A stretch of 48,150 nucleotides of DNA from Halobacteriales archaeon (GTDB lineage: Archaea; Halobacteriota; Halobacteria; Halobacteriales; Hikarchaeaceae), in contig JBDGQL010000093.1 of NCBI GenBank assembly GCA_042219105.1, forward strand, positions 1 through 48,150, read 5' to 3'. Below are positions 17,033 through 25,350 of the stretch, piece by piece. The translations under genes were made by a program, and so were the position numbers. The notes under the pieces were generated by a model. That model did no database searches. It saw only the letters and a program-made list of their open reading frames with translations, and was not told the origin of the DNA. Each line of letters begins with the position of its first letter. Positions within the stretch are counted from its first letter, which is position 1.

Positions 17033-17114
17033 ATAATGTCTGTTGTAGCTGTTTACCGGTGATCGCCACCCCCGGCGGCGGCGAGCACCGGTAAGAGACT
17101 ACAACAGACATTAT
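17033..17114. mobile_element. MITE-F, 82-bp palindromic element
   Basis: The termini ATAATGTCTGTTGTAG ... CTACAACAGACATTAT are perfect inverted repeats, and the inner arms TTACCGGTGATCGCC / GGCGAGCACCGGTAA pair. If the element is read as 17036..17111, TA flanks both sides. It lies 17 nt downstream of the stop at 17131. Confidence 0.7.
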
Positions 17115-17130
17115 CAGGGCGAAGAGGATG

Positions 17131-17481
17131 TCAATCGTCGTCTTGGGCCTCGTTCAGTGACCAGATTCGTTCCATGGCAGGCATTTCCATGTCGTCGGGG
17201 TCGACCCCGGAGCGTTTGAACCGTCCGACCCGTTCCTCCCAGGCCTGGTTCCGTGGGTCATCCCCGTACACCTCCTCGAACTCCGTCAGGTCTTCCACGT
17301 CCATGATACTGACAGCGACGTCGTCCTGGACGTACAGTTCGTACGTTTCAACCCCACCCTCCTCCATCGCCTCGATGACGGAGTCAGGGACGTCTTCGTG
17401 AGCCTCGACGTAACCTCCGACGGCGTCGGCTTTCAGCTTCTGGATCATCACCACTCGCTGGAAATCATTCGCAGGCGACAT
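17131..17481 (-). CDS. L-rhamnose mutarotase-like (RhaM/DUF718 pattern) protein
   Basis: ORF 17131..17622; ATG 17481 is 27 nt from a TATA-like box, giving 116 aa. The pattern VVMIQKLKADAVGGYVEAHEDVP...YELYVQDDVAVSIMDVED resembles the mutarotase family. This is a call from memory only. Confidence 0.55.
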   Translation of the reverse strand: MSPANDFQRVVMIQKLKADAVGGYVEAHEDVPDSVIEAMEEGGVETYELYVQDDVAVSIMDVEDLTEFEEVYGDDPRNQAWEERVGRFKRSGVDPDDMEMPAMERIWSLNEAQDDD

Positions 17482-17503
17482 GATTCCAGGATTTCCCCCG
17501 GAT

Positions 17504-17511
17504 AGTATAAA
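17504..17511 (-). promoter_or_regulatory. TATA-like box for the mutarotase-like gene
   Basis: Plus-strand AGTATAAA (minus-strand TTTATACT) is centred about 27 nt upstream of ATG 17481. Confidence 0.4.
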
Positions 17512-17668
17512 CGTTGGCTTGTGCACGGTGATATCTGGCGTGTATTCGTATGTCAGAACGCACGTTTCGACGATTGGATCTCGGGAGTACCGGCAGTACG
17601 GAGTCATAATGACCGTTCTCACTGTTTACCAGCCATCATCAATCACACCCAAGCGGTTGCAACCGACG

Positions 17669-18619
17669 CTATACGAACGATTGATACCGTTCTTCTATCG
17701 CATCCGTTGTGGGTGGGTCAACGTCAACCGCGAGTCGATAGCGGAGCGTCGTCGACTCGCCGGTGTTGAGTCCGTAATCCAGACGTTGTGCACCATCAGT
17801 GAAGGCAGCCTGTCCGAGAGGATTCACGGAGAACAAGCCATACCCCCGAGCGTGCCAGAACGCCGGGTGACCGATGTTCTCGGGATGGTCCATGAGGGTT
17901 ACCGCGACCGGGGAGTCCTCGACGTCCCCGGTGAGGCGGATCCACCGCGCCCGGGTTCCCCAAGCGGCTGTTCCCTCGATCCCCTCACTGGTATGATACA
18001 CGCCGCTGCGTCCTTGCCGACCGTCGATTTCGGTCGTGGATCCAGTCGAAGGGTCCTCAACGACCGAAACGTCACCAGCCTCGGGGTGTTCAAGCCCCGA
18101 CCGGACCCGGATCGCACAGAGACCCTCCTTGTCATCCCCGAGGTCGACGTCTCGATCGGCCGAAAGCGTCGTGATCCGGTCGATCACGCGGCGGTCGCCC
18201 GTAGCGTGGAACCGATACGTCGTGTTCTCCCGTAGGTGCCGTCGTTCTTGAGGATCGACCCAGTCGGCCGTCGCGACGAGTTCAGCAGGGTCGCCAGACT
18301 CGATCCGTTCGATCTGATCGTGGCAAATCCGCCCCATTCCCTCCTGATTTCCGCCCGAATTGTTCCAGAAGTCATACCCGTTGACGTTTCCGTACGTCAG
18401 CGAGAATCCGATATGATGGGGATGATCGACCCGCTCACCCCGGCGCGGATCTACCGGGTATCCTCTGGTGATCGCTCGCCCGTCGGCGGCCATCACGGGG
18501 TAGCACACTGGCTTCGTCAGTACGTCCAGATCATCCCAGCGATAGCTCATGAAGTGGTCACCCCCGACGGTGGCGTCCACGCGGCACGCTTCGGGACGGG
18601 GAGTCAACTCTACTTTCAT
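17669..18619 (-). CDS. DUF6807/PmoA-like family protein
   Basis: ORF 17669..18667 starts at GTG; ATG 18619 (MKVELTPRPEA) is preferred. The hallmark VDHPHHIGFSLTYGNVNGYDFWN matches the DHPHH..NG.DFW signature of this family. Confidence 0.75.
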   Translation of the reverse strand: MKVELTPRPEACRVDATVGGDHFMSYRWDDLDVLTKPVCYPVMAADGRAITRGYPVDPRRGERVDHPHHIGFSLTYGNVNGYDFWNNSGGNQEGMGRICHDQIERIESGDPAELVATADWVDPQERRHLRENTTYRFHATGDRRVIDRITTLSADRDVDLGDDKEGLCAIRVRSGLEHPEAGDVSVVEDPSTGSTTEIDGRQGRSGVYHTSEGIEGTAAWGTRARWIRLTGDVEDSPVAVTLMDHPENIGHPAFWHARGYGLFSVNPLGQAAFTDGAQRLDYGLNTGESTTLRYRLAVDVDPPTTDAIEERYQSFV

Positions 18620-18840
18620 CTGTCTACCTCGAAATCCCGGATCTGCCCCTCGAAGCGGGGCCCACACGGCGGGTGCTTTAGATCGGGGTCGACCGTATCA
18701 ATATACTGTCGGACAGAAGTATTGATAATTCGAAGGCCCCCCGTCCTGGGGGTTCGATTACCAATGTCTCTGTCCGACAGTATATGTGCGGTCCCTCGGC
18801 CCGTGAGCCCGATGATAGCGTGTTGTAACACGTCGTCCAT
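18616..18840 (-). CDS. Short upstream ORF (74 aa; 47 aa without the in-frame MITE-A)
   Basis: ATG 18840 lies 28 nt from a TATA-like box. The stop TGA overlaps ATG 18619 of the next gene as ATGA. Residues ILSDRDIGNRTPRTGGLRIINTSVRQY are encoded by the MITE. Confidence 0.35.
   Translation of the reverse strand: MDDVLQHAIIGLTGRGTAHILSDRDIGNRTPRTGGLRIINTSVRQYIDTVDPDLKHPPCGPRFEGQIRDFEVDR
18704..18782 (-). mobile_element. MITE-A copy, 79 bp, TA/TA
   Basis: Full element in reverse orientation. TA is at 18702-18703 and 18783-18784. Confidence 0.88.
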
Positions 18841-18864
18841 GGGGTTGACATACGAATAACGGAA

Positions 18865-18871
18865 CTAATAT
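18865..18871 (-). promoter_or_regulatory. TATA-like box upstream of the short ORF and DUF6807 gene
   Basis: Plus-strand CTAATAT (minus-strand ATATTAG) is centred about 28 nt upstream of ATG 18840. Confidence 0.35.
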
Positions 18872-18923
18872 CCAGCGATCAGAAAAGAAATATCCGGTTC
18901 GTTATCGACGATATCTTCGCCCG

Positions 18924-18955
18924 TACACCCGGACTCGAACCAGTCAACCTGAACG
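18924..18955 (+). repeat. MITE-D left-end fragment
   Basis: TACACCCGGACTCGAACCAGTCAACCTGAACG matches the D left arm. It lies next to MITE-B at 18962. Confidence 0.55.
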
Positions 18956-18961
18956 TTAGTA

Positions 18962-19040
18962 TACGGGTCGACAGAACTGTTGGTAGAATTAGCCTCCGCC
19001 GTACCCGGCGAATATCTATCAGGACTTCTGTCGACCCGTA
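18962..19040 (+). mobile_element. MITE-B copy, 79 bp, TA/TA
   Basis: Full element; TA is at 18960-18961 and 19041-19042. It lies 7 nt downstream of the amidohydrolase stop codon (19048-19050, minus strand). Confidence 0.88.
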
Positions 19041-19047
19041 TATCTCC

Positions 19048-19995
19048 TCACGAGTGCACCGATTCGAAGGTCCGATAGGAGAGGTACGCGAGATCGCGCG
19101 AGGAGAGGAACTCGACCTCCTCGACCCAGGAGAGACATTCCTCGTAGCTTCCCCACCGGTCCATCCAGGGGTAGTCCGACCCCAGCATCAACCGTTCGGG
19201 CCCGAACCACTCGATCAAGTTGCGAACGTACCCGTGTAGATTGGGGTACGGCCACGGCTCCCCGGCCGAACGCGGGAGCGAACTCACCTTGACGTACGTG
19301 TTATCGTGGTCGGCTAGACGGCGAAACGCCGTCCACGGTTCCGCCTCGGGCGTGGTCGTTTCGTCGGGCCACGCCATGTGATCGACGACGATCGTCACCT
19401 CCGGGTGTTCGGCTGCCAGGTCCGCGACCATGGTGAGTTGGTCGGCCTTCGGGAAGACGAACAGTGCATCGTCGGACTGGGCGAGTTCGTCCCACACCGG
19501 CTCGAGTTCGGGCGAGGTGATCCAGTCCCCGGTCCGGTTTAGCTCGGTGGGGTACTCCTCGTAGGCGAGTGCGGCGTGCATCCGGACTCCGAGCATGCGG
19601 TCGTGACCGGTCACGCGGCGGACGTCTCGCCGAACACGGTCCTCGTCACGGAAAAAATCCAGTAACCCGACCCCGTACAGCCGGTCCGGATGGGCCTCGA
19701 TGCTCCGCATCGTGTACTCGTTGGCCCGTCGACCCCGCCCGTACAACGGCGTCGTCACGACCACGCTCCCGTCGATCCCCAGCCGGTCCATGTCCTCACA
19801 CAGGTCACGGTGGGTGTATACTGTCGGACAGAGACATTGATAATCGAACCCCCGAGACGGGGGGCCTTCGAATTATCAATACTTCGGTCCGACAGTATAG
19901 GGTCCCGTCCACTCGGGCGGGAGCAACTCCGCCTGCCACGGTAGTTCCGTCGTGTTTCTGCCCCACGCGTGGGTGTGTGTGTCGATAAAGCGCAT
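19048..19995 (-). pseudogene. Amidohydrolase-2 family (sugar-lactonase-like) gene split by MITE-A
   Basis: The 5' segment from ATG 19995 encodes MRFIDTHTHAWGRNTTELPWQAELLPPEWTGP. The 3' segment is ORF 19048..19791, in the same frame. Removing 19819-19897 plus one TA joins ...WTGPYTHRDLCEDMDRLGIDGS... As it stands, a TGA inside the MITE stops translation after 39 aa. Confidence 0.8.
19819..19897 (+). mobile_element. MITE-A copy, 79 bp, TA/TA, inside the amidohydrolase gene
   Basis: TA is at 19817-19818 and 19898-19899. The coordinates are anchored on the codons of ORFs 19048..19791 and 19690..19944. Confidence 0.9.
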
Positions 19996-20018
19996 ACATA
20001 CTCATACTGACTCCTCTC

Positions 20019-20078
20019 ACTTCTTACCGCCGATCGTCACCCCCGCTGGCGGCGATCGACAATGAGAGACGAGTCATT
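20019..20078. repeat. Diverged partial MITE-F-like element
   Basis: TTACCGCCGATCGTCACCCCCGCTGGCGGCGATCGACAATGAGAGACGAGTCATTA parallels the MITE-F core and right end. The left terminus is absent, and MITE-C abuts its end. Confidence 0.4.
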
Positions 20079-20158
20079 ATACTGTCGGCTGTACGTTCGT
20101 GGAGGAATTCGCCACCCCGGGGTGTCGAATATCTCCATCGAGTCACAGCCGACAGTAT
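20079..20158 (+). mobile_element. MITE-C copy, 80 bp, TA/TA
   Basis: Same sequence as 8080..8158 apart from one substitution (A to C, GTAAG to GTACG) and one extra G. TA is at 20077-20078 and 20159-20160. Confidence 0.85.
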
Positions 20159-20220
20159 TAGTATCAATCCACGCGGGCCTGTACGTTGATATGGAAAGTT
20201 GCAAGTCGGGGGAGGATCGA

Positions 20221-21069
20221 ATGGATGGTATGCGACTTGGACGGTTCCGCGCTGGCGAACGGTCACGGATCGGTCGTTTCGAGGGCGACACTGTTACCGA
20301 CGTAACTGACGAGTTCGATTCGTTTCGCGACGCGCTGTCGAGGCCGGAAGACGCGAGCGGGACCGACGGCGAGACGTTCGCTATCGAGGAGATCACACAC
20401 CTCCCGCCGACGACGGAACGAAACACCGTCTTCTGTGCGGCGCTCAACTACGAGGCCCACGCCGAGGAGGGGGGGCAGGCGGTGCCCAAACGGCCGCTCG
20501 TGTTCATGAAACTCCCGCGGACGCTCGTGGGGCACCGCCAGCCGATCAACTACCACACTCGCGTCACCGAGGAGATCGACTACGAAGCCGAACTGGCTGC
20601 CGTGATCGGGACGCCCGCCCGACACGTCTCCGCGGAGGAGGCCCTCGAACACGTCGCCGGGTACACGCTACTGAACGACACCTCCGCGCGGGACCTCCAG
20701 CTCGGCCTCCAGGTCGGCGACGATGAGAACGTCGACTGGTTCTCCGGAAAGGCGATGGAAGATACCACGCCGGTCGGCCCCTCCGTCGTGATCGACGAGA
20801 TCGACGACCCACAGGACCTGTCGATCGCCTCCCGCGTCAACGGCGAGACGATGCAGGACGACCACACGAGCATGATGATCCGCTCGGTCGCCGATCTCGT
20901 CGCCTTCGTGTCCTCGCGGGTCCAGCTTACCCCCGGCGACGTCATCGCGACCGGAACCCCAGAAGGCGTCGGCACCTTTCAGGACATCCGGCTCCACCCC
21001 GACGACACCGTCGAAGTCGAGGTCGAGGGCGTCGGAACGCTCGTCAACACCGTCCAGGAAGCCGAATAG
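20221..21069 (+). CDS. Fumarylacetoacetate hydrolase (FAH) family protein
   Basis: ORF 20062..21069 begins inside MITE-C. ATG 20221 is preceded by GGAGG at 20211-20215. Motifs: EIDYEAELAAVIG, LLNDTSARDLQ, WFSGKAMEDTTPVGP. Confidence 0.85.
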   Translation: MDGMRLGRFRAGERSRIGRFEGDTVTDVTDEFDSFRDALSRPEDASGTDGETFAIEEITHLPPTTERNTVFCAALNYEAHAEEGGQAVPKRPLVFMKLPRTLVGHRQPINYHTRVTEEIDYEAELAAVIGTPARHVSAEEALEHVAGYTLLNDTSARDLQLGLQVGDDENVDWFSGKAMEDTTPVGPSVVIDEIDDPQDLSIASRVNGETMQDDHTSMMIRSVADLVAFVSSRVQLTPGDVIATGTPEGVGTFQDIRLHPDDTVEVEVEGVGTLVNTVQEAE

Positions 21070-21086
21070 ACGGACGTTTCCGGCCT

Positions 21087-22541
21087 TCACTCCGGAGTAG
21101 CGCGGTCGGGCCAGGGTTCGAACTCCGGGTTTTCGGCCGGAAAGCTCGCCCCGACGTCGTCCTGCCACGCCGCGAGGCGCTCGCGCAACCGGGTCGCTGT
21201 TTCCGGACGGTGTTTCCGGAGGTCGTGCTCCTCGGAGAGATCCTCACCGAGGTGGTACAGTTCCGTGTGTCCGGTCTCGAAGAACTCGATGAGTTTCCAG
21301 TCACCCTGCCGGACCGCGGCGGCGGGCGTACAGCCCTGGTTGCCGTAGTGTGGGTAATGCCAGAAGATCGCGTCCCGGTCCAGTCCTCCATCCGGATCCG
21401 CGAGCACCGGGCGGAGACTCTCGCCGTCGATCGGTTCCTCCGGGAGGGGGACGCCGGCCGCGTCCAGGAGGGTCGGGTACACGTCGGGGCTCGTGACTGG
21501 CGTCTCGATCAGGTCCGGCGCGTCCGGGTCGTCCGTGACGCCGGGCCAGCGTACGATGAAGGGAACGCGGTTGCCACCCTCGTTCATCCAACCTTTGCCT
21601 TCGGCGAGCGGTCGGTTGGTGGTGGGTGACCTCCCGACCGTCGCGAGTCCCCCGTTGTCGGAGGTGAAGGCCACGACGGTCTCTTCGGCGAGACCGGTCC
21701 GTTCGAGCGCGTCGAGTACCCGGCCGACCGCGCGGTCGAGCGCCTCGACCATCGCGGCGTAAGTCGGATCGGACTGTACCAGCCGACGCCTGATCCGCCC
21801 GTTCTTCCCGTCCTCGTATGGGAACCTGTCGCCGAGTTCGAACTCGGTCAGGTCGTCCAGTCCCCGAGAAGCGCGCTTTCGCTCGTAACGCTCGACAGCC
21901 TCGTCGGGGGCCTGGATCGGCGTATGGACGAGATAGGGATCGTAGTTGAGGAAGAACGGCTCTTCCGACCCGACGCTCTCCTCGATCAGGCTGACGGCCT
22001 CCTCCGCAAGCCGGTCGGGCAGGTAGCGACCCTCGTCATCAGGCCCTTCCTCAAGCGTCGGGATACCCCACGGGCCGAAGTAGCCGTTCATCGGCATCCC
22101 CCACTCACAGCCCGCGACGTTCTCGTCGAAGCCGTGGTCCGTCGGGAGGGAATCCTCGGCCGCGCCGCCCAGGTGCCACTTTCCCACGTGGTACGTCGCG
22201 TACCCGCGTTCGCCCAGCGCCTCCGCGAGCGACGTTCCCGAGTGGGGAAGGTGCTGGTCGTTTGGCGCGTCGATGAGTTTTCCCTGCCGCGGGTGGGCGT
22301 CCTCGTTCATCGCGATGAAGTCGGTGATGCCGATCCGGGCCGGATACTGTCCGGACATGACGCTCGCGCGCGTCGGAGAGCAGACGGGACACGAAGCGTA
22401 AGCGTCGGTGAACCGCGTGCCCTCCCGGGCGAGATGGTCCAAGGCCGGCGTCTCGTAGAACGGGCTGCCATAGCAGCCCGGATCCCGCCAGCCCAGGTCG
22501 TCGGCCAGGATACACACTACGTTCGGTGGGGAAGATGGCAT
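21087..22541 (-). CDS. Type I sulfatase (Cys-type), no signal peptide
   Basis: MPSSPPNVVCILADDLGWRD, CSPTRASVMSG, GKWHLGG. Confidence 0.9.
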   Translation of the reverse strand: MPSSPPNVVCILADDLGWRDPGCYGSPFYETPALDHLAREGTRFTDAYASCPVCSPTRASVMSGQYPARIGITDFIAMNEDAHPRQGKLIDAPNDQHLPHSGTSLAEALGERGYATYHVGKWHLGGAAEDSLPTDHGFDENVAGCEWGMPMNGYFGPWGIPTLEEGPDDEGRYLPDRLAEEAVSLIEESVGSEEPFFLNYDPYLVHTPIQAPDEAVERYERKRASRGLDDLTEFELGDRFPYEDGKNGRIRRRLVQSDPTYAAMVEALDRAVGRVLDALERTGLAEETVVAFTSDNGGLATVGRSPTTNRPLAEGKGWMNEGGNRVPFIVRWPGVTDDPDAPDLIETPVTSPDVYPTLLDAAGVPLPEEPIDGESLRPVLADPDGGLDRDAIFWHYPHYGNQGCTPAAAVRQGDWKLIEFFETGHTELYHLGEDLSEEHDLRKHRPETATRLRERLAAWQDDVGASFPAENPEFEPWPDRATPE

Positions 22542-22564
22542 GATCCGTAGTTGATCCGAGGGAG

Positions 22565-22572
22565 ATATATTT
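22565..22572 (-). promoter_or_regulatory. TATA-like box for the sulfatase gene at 22541
   Basis: Plus-strand ATATATTT (minus-strand AAATATAT) is centred about 27 nt upstream of ATG 22541. Confidence 0.4.
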
Positions 22573-23142
22573 GTTTCCTACTGGCACCGGATGACCGCTC
22601 CGGGAGACGGGGTTCACGACCGCCGTCGCCGTGCGACCGGGAACTGCGCCCCGAAGGCGCGCGGTCAGTTACTCGGGTCGCTTCGGCGGATCGTAGACAC
22701 ACTGATTCATTCGAAACCGGACGTTCGTCACGCTGAGTACACCACACCGTTCGCACCGTTTGATCGGGCCGAAAACGCTGACGACGTGATGAGGACCGCT
22801 CCTGTCTATCGCGGAAACCTCGGTGTAATTATCCACTGTGGTCAGCCTCCGTTTCCGTGGTCGTGCGCCGGTTCCTGCTGACGCCAACACCCGAGGATCC
22901 TCCACCTGGATGCGTTAGTATCATTTGATAATTGTATCTTCCCGGGAATTTTGCTTCCGTTCCGACTCGATCGGTGCGCGAAGGTCGTTTTCGTCACCAC
23001 GATATCCGGACGCTGGATGGTACGGCCCGTTGGGAGATGTCTCGGCTCCCGGGGTCGGGACACGACCCATGATCGGTAAACTGTTTTAATTGCAATTATA
23101 TAAATAGTTCGGATCGAGTGACCGACAGCGCACGTGCCGTCA

Positions 23143-23164
23143 TACTGTCGGACGGAGACGTTGA
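23143..23164 (+). repeat. Solo MITE-A-like terminus
   Basis: TACTGTCGGACGGAGACGTTGA matches the A (or E) left arm. No partner arm follows. Confidence 0.5.
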
Positions 23165-23180
23165 GGATCCACCCCTTCTT

Positions 23181-23187
23181 TTTTTAT
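23181..23187 (+). promoter_or_regulatory. T/A-rich box upstream of the gene at 23209
   Basis: TTTTTAT is centred about 25 nt upstream of ATG 23209. Confidence 0.3.
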
Positions 23188-23208
23188 GAGCGTCACGTAG
23201 CGTGGGTC

Positions 23209-24333
23209 ATGGATTCCACGACAGTGTCGATAATCCCGGAGTCAACAGTACTCGACGCGTGCGGCGACCCGGAGGTTCCCGAGATGGGCGTGATCAGGCA
23301 ACTGTGGGAGACTGATCCCATCCCCGACGGAGAAATCCCTGACAGGGCGGCTGCCGCGGTCGACCGGTTGGAGTTCGCTGCCGTTCCGGACGGCGGGGAG
23401 GTTGCCGTCGGTGCAGGCAGCCGGGGGATTGCGAACATCCCGACGATTCTTGCCGGGGTCGTCTCGGAACTGAACGACCGTGGCTACGAACCGTTTGTTT
23501 TTCCGGCAATGGGTAGCCATGGAGGGGCGACGGCCGAGGGACAGCGTGAGATGCTCGCGAGTCTGGGGGTGACGCCGGAAACGATCGGTTGCGAGATTCG
23601 GGCAACGATGGAGACGACCCGGGTTGGGAAAACGTCACAGCGCGGGGTTGAGGTGGTTGCTGACGCGAACGCCGCTGCAGCGGACGCCATCATTCCGGTC
23701 AATCGGGTGAAGCCTCACACCGACTTCAGTGGCGATGTCGAAAGTGGGCTTTCGAAGATGCTGGTAATAGGGATGGGAAAACAGCGTGGCGCGAAGACCG
23801 CTCACGAGTGGGCAGCCGACTGGAGTTTTAGAAACATGATTCCCGAGATTACCGGGATGCTGCTCGAGCGGTTGCCGGTTGTCGGCGGCGTCGCGTTAGT
23901 CGAAGACCAGCACGACGACACGACGATTATCGAGGGCGTACCACCCGCCAGGTTTCTTGACCGCGGGGCCGAGTTACTGGAGACGGCTTACGATCTGTTG
24001 CCGACGATACCGTTTGATGATATCGACGTGCTCATCATCGATCGGATGGGGAAGGACATCTCCGGTGCCGGCATGGACACCAACGTCATCGGTCGAATGG
24101 TGTTCGGTTCCGAACCCGAACCCGACACCCTCGACACCGATCGGATCTACGTCCGCGGGCTTACCGAAGCCTCCCACGGGAATGGCTCCGGCGTCGGGTC
24201 CGCGGATTTCATTCACGCTGATCTCCTATCACACCGTTCGCGTGAGCGCGCGGAGCACGGTCTGACGACACTCCGTGATCCGGTCGAAGACCCGAGTCCC
24301 GTCGGACAGAACGGGGTGCTCCGTCGGGAGTGA
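23209..24333 (+). CDS. Conserved protein of uncertain family (possibly DUF2088/LarA-N-like); the 3' end may be truncated
   Basis: ORF 23134..24333; ATG 23209 (MDSTTVSIIPE) is preferred. The blocks VGAGSRGIANI, PAMGSHGGATAEGQ, NRVKPHTDF and GMGKQRGA look conserved. The family name is a recollection, not a search result. The last 35 codons overlap the convergent gene. Confidence 0.55.
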   Translation: MDSTTVSIIPESTVLDACGDPEVPEMGVIRQLWETDPIPDGEIPDRAAAAVDRLEFAAVPDGGEVAVGAGSRGIANIPTILAGVVSELNDRGYEPFVFPAMGSHGGATAEGQREMLASLGVTPETIGCEIRATMETTRVGKTSQRGVEVVADANAAAADAIIPVNRVKPHTDFSGDVESGLSKMLVIGMGKQRGAKTAHEWAADWSFRNMIPEITGMLLERLPVVGGVALVEDQHDDTTIIEGVPPARFLDRGAELLETAYDLLPTIPFDDIDVLIIDRMGKDISGAGMDTNVIGRMVFGSEPEPDTLDTDRIYVRGLTEASHGNGSGVGSADFIHADLLSHRSRERAEHGLTTLRDPVEDPSPVGQNGVLRRE

Positions 24334-25047
24334 CTGGTACACGTACTCCTGGAACCCGGACCGATTGTGAGGAGCGTTACCGCGTGATTCGGAGTGTTCC
24401 TCGAGGAACTCCCGGCATCTGCTCTCGACGTCGCCGAGCCGAGTCCACCTATCGGACAGTTCCGAGAACGTGTGCTCCTCCTCGAGGTCCGGCATCTCCG
24501 TTTCGAGTTCGGAAACGATGTCGCACAACTCCTCGTCCGCACTCGTCAGTCGGCGTTGCTCGCGCTCGAGCACTGTTAGCAGTTCCTCCCTGCTGTGTCG
24601 CGCTTCGTTGCATTGGGAGACCAATCCACGCTTGATTGGCTGGGTGTATCGCCGCCCGCCGAACACGGCAGCAGCCATTTCATCTCCTAGTTCGGCAGTC
24701 ATGTTTGCCTCGATGGGCTCGTCGTACTCCTCCTCGTAGTGGGGGACCGACATGACCGTCTCACGGTAGGCATCCTTGATTCGTTCGAATCCACTGTCTT
24801 CTAACTCGGACCCGATCGCAACCGCACCCCTTCCCGTCGGGGCCGACCGTACGGCCTCGATTCCGGACACCTTCCGTTGGAACGCGGCGATCGCGTCCCG
24901 TTCTGTGGCTACTCGCTCGTGTTCCTCCTTGAGTTCCGACCGGGCTTCCGGGATGTACGTGAGTACCACGACGAGTCCGAGACCGAGTAGCACGACCCCC
25001 GTGACGACGCTGGCGTACGACCCCGTCTCGACACCGCCACACTCCAT
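24229..25047 (-). CDS. Hypothetical membrane-anchored coiled-coil protein
   Basis: Part of ORF 24229..25581. ATG 25047 (MECGGVETGSYASVVTGVVLLGLGLVVVLTYI) gives one N-terminal TM helix followed by long acidic helical segments. An alternative start is at 25146. Confidence 0.5.
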   Translation of the reverse strand: MECGGVETGSYASVVTGVVLLGLGLVVVLTYIPEARSELKEEHERVATERDAIAAFQRKVSGIEAVRSAPTGRGAVAIGSELEDSGFERIKDAYRETVMSVPHYEEEYDEPIEANMTAELGDEMAAAVFGGRRYTQPIKRGLVSQCNEARHSREELLTVLEREQRRLTSADEELCDIVSELETEMPDLEEEHTFSELSDRWTRLGDVESRCREFLEEHSESRGNAPHNRSGFQEYVYQSLPTEHPVLSDGTRVFDRITECRQTVLRALTRTV

Positions 25048-25350
25048 GAACCGACAGACGACCTCAATCGGATTCGCTTCGTATGCATGGATGGTGCTCC
25101 TCCTCAGGGAAATATGGCTCACAGTGCGTTCATACGGGTGCGTCATTATATAACAATTGTGTTGGTTGTGTGTGCCGGTCTCTCGGGACCGCTCACGACG
25201 AACCCGAGCGCGTGCGACACTCAAACATTTATAAATGACGGGTGTTATGATACACCATCCAAGCACAGTCGTAGCCACCGGGGATACACACGACGGTGAC
25301 CCGCGTGTGGTGTCCGGCGATCGGTGATCAGAGACTTGGATAGGGCACAC

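Noticed and set aside
18741-18762. A tRNA-like T-arm resemblance (GGGGGTTCGATTA) inside MITE-A copies.
   Set aside because: No acceptor, D or anticodon arms can be built around it. The string is simply the core of the MITE hairpin and recurs in every A copy.
22669-22905. A 78-aa basic minus-strand ORF containing CERCG, considered as a small zinc-ribbon protein.
   Set aside because: It has only one CxxC pair, a basic composition unlike the acidic local proteome, and no promoter-like box at the right distance. The evidence is insufficient.
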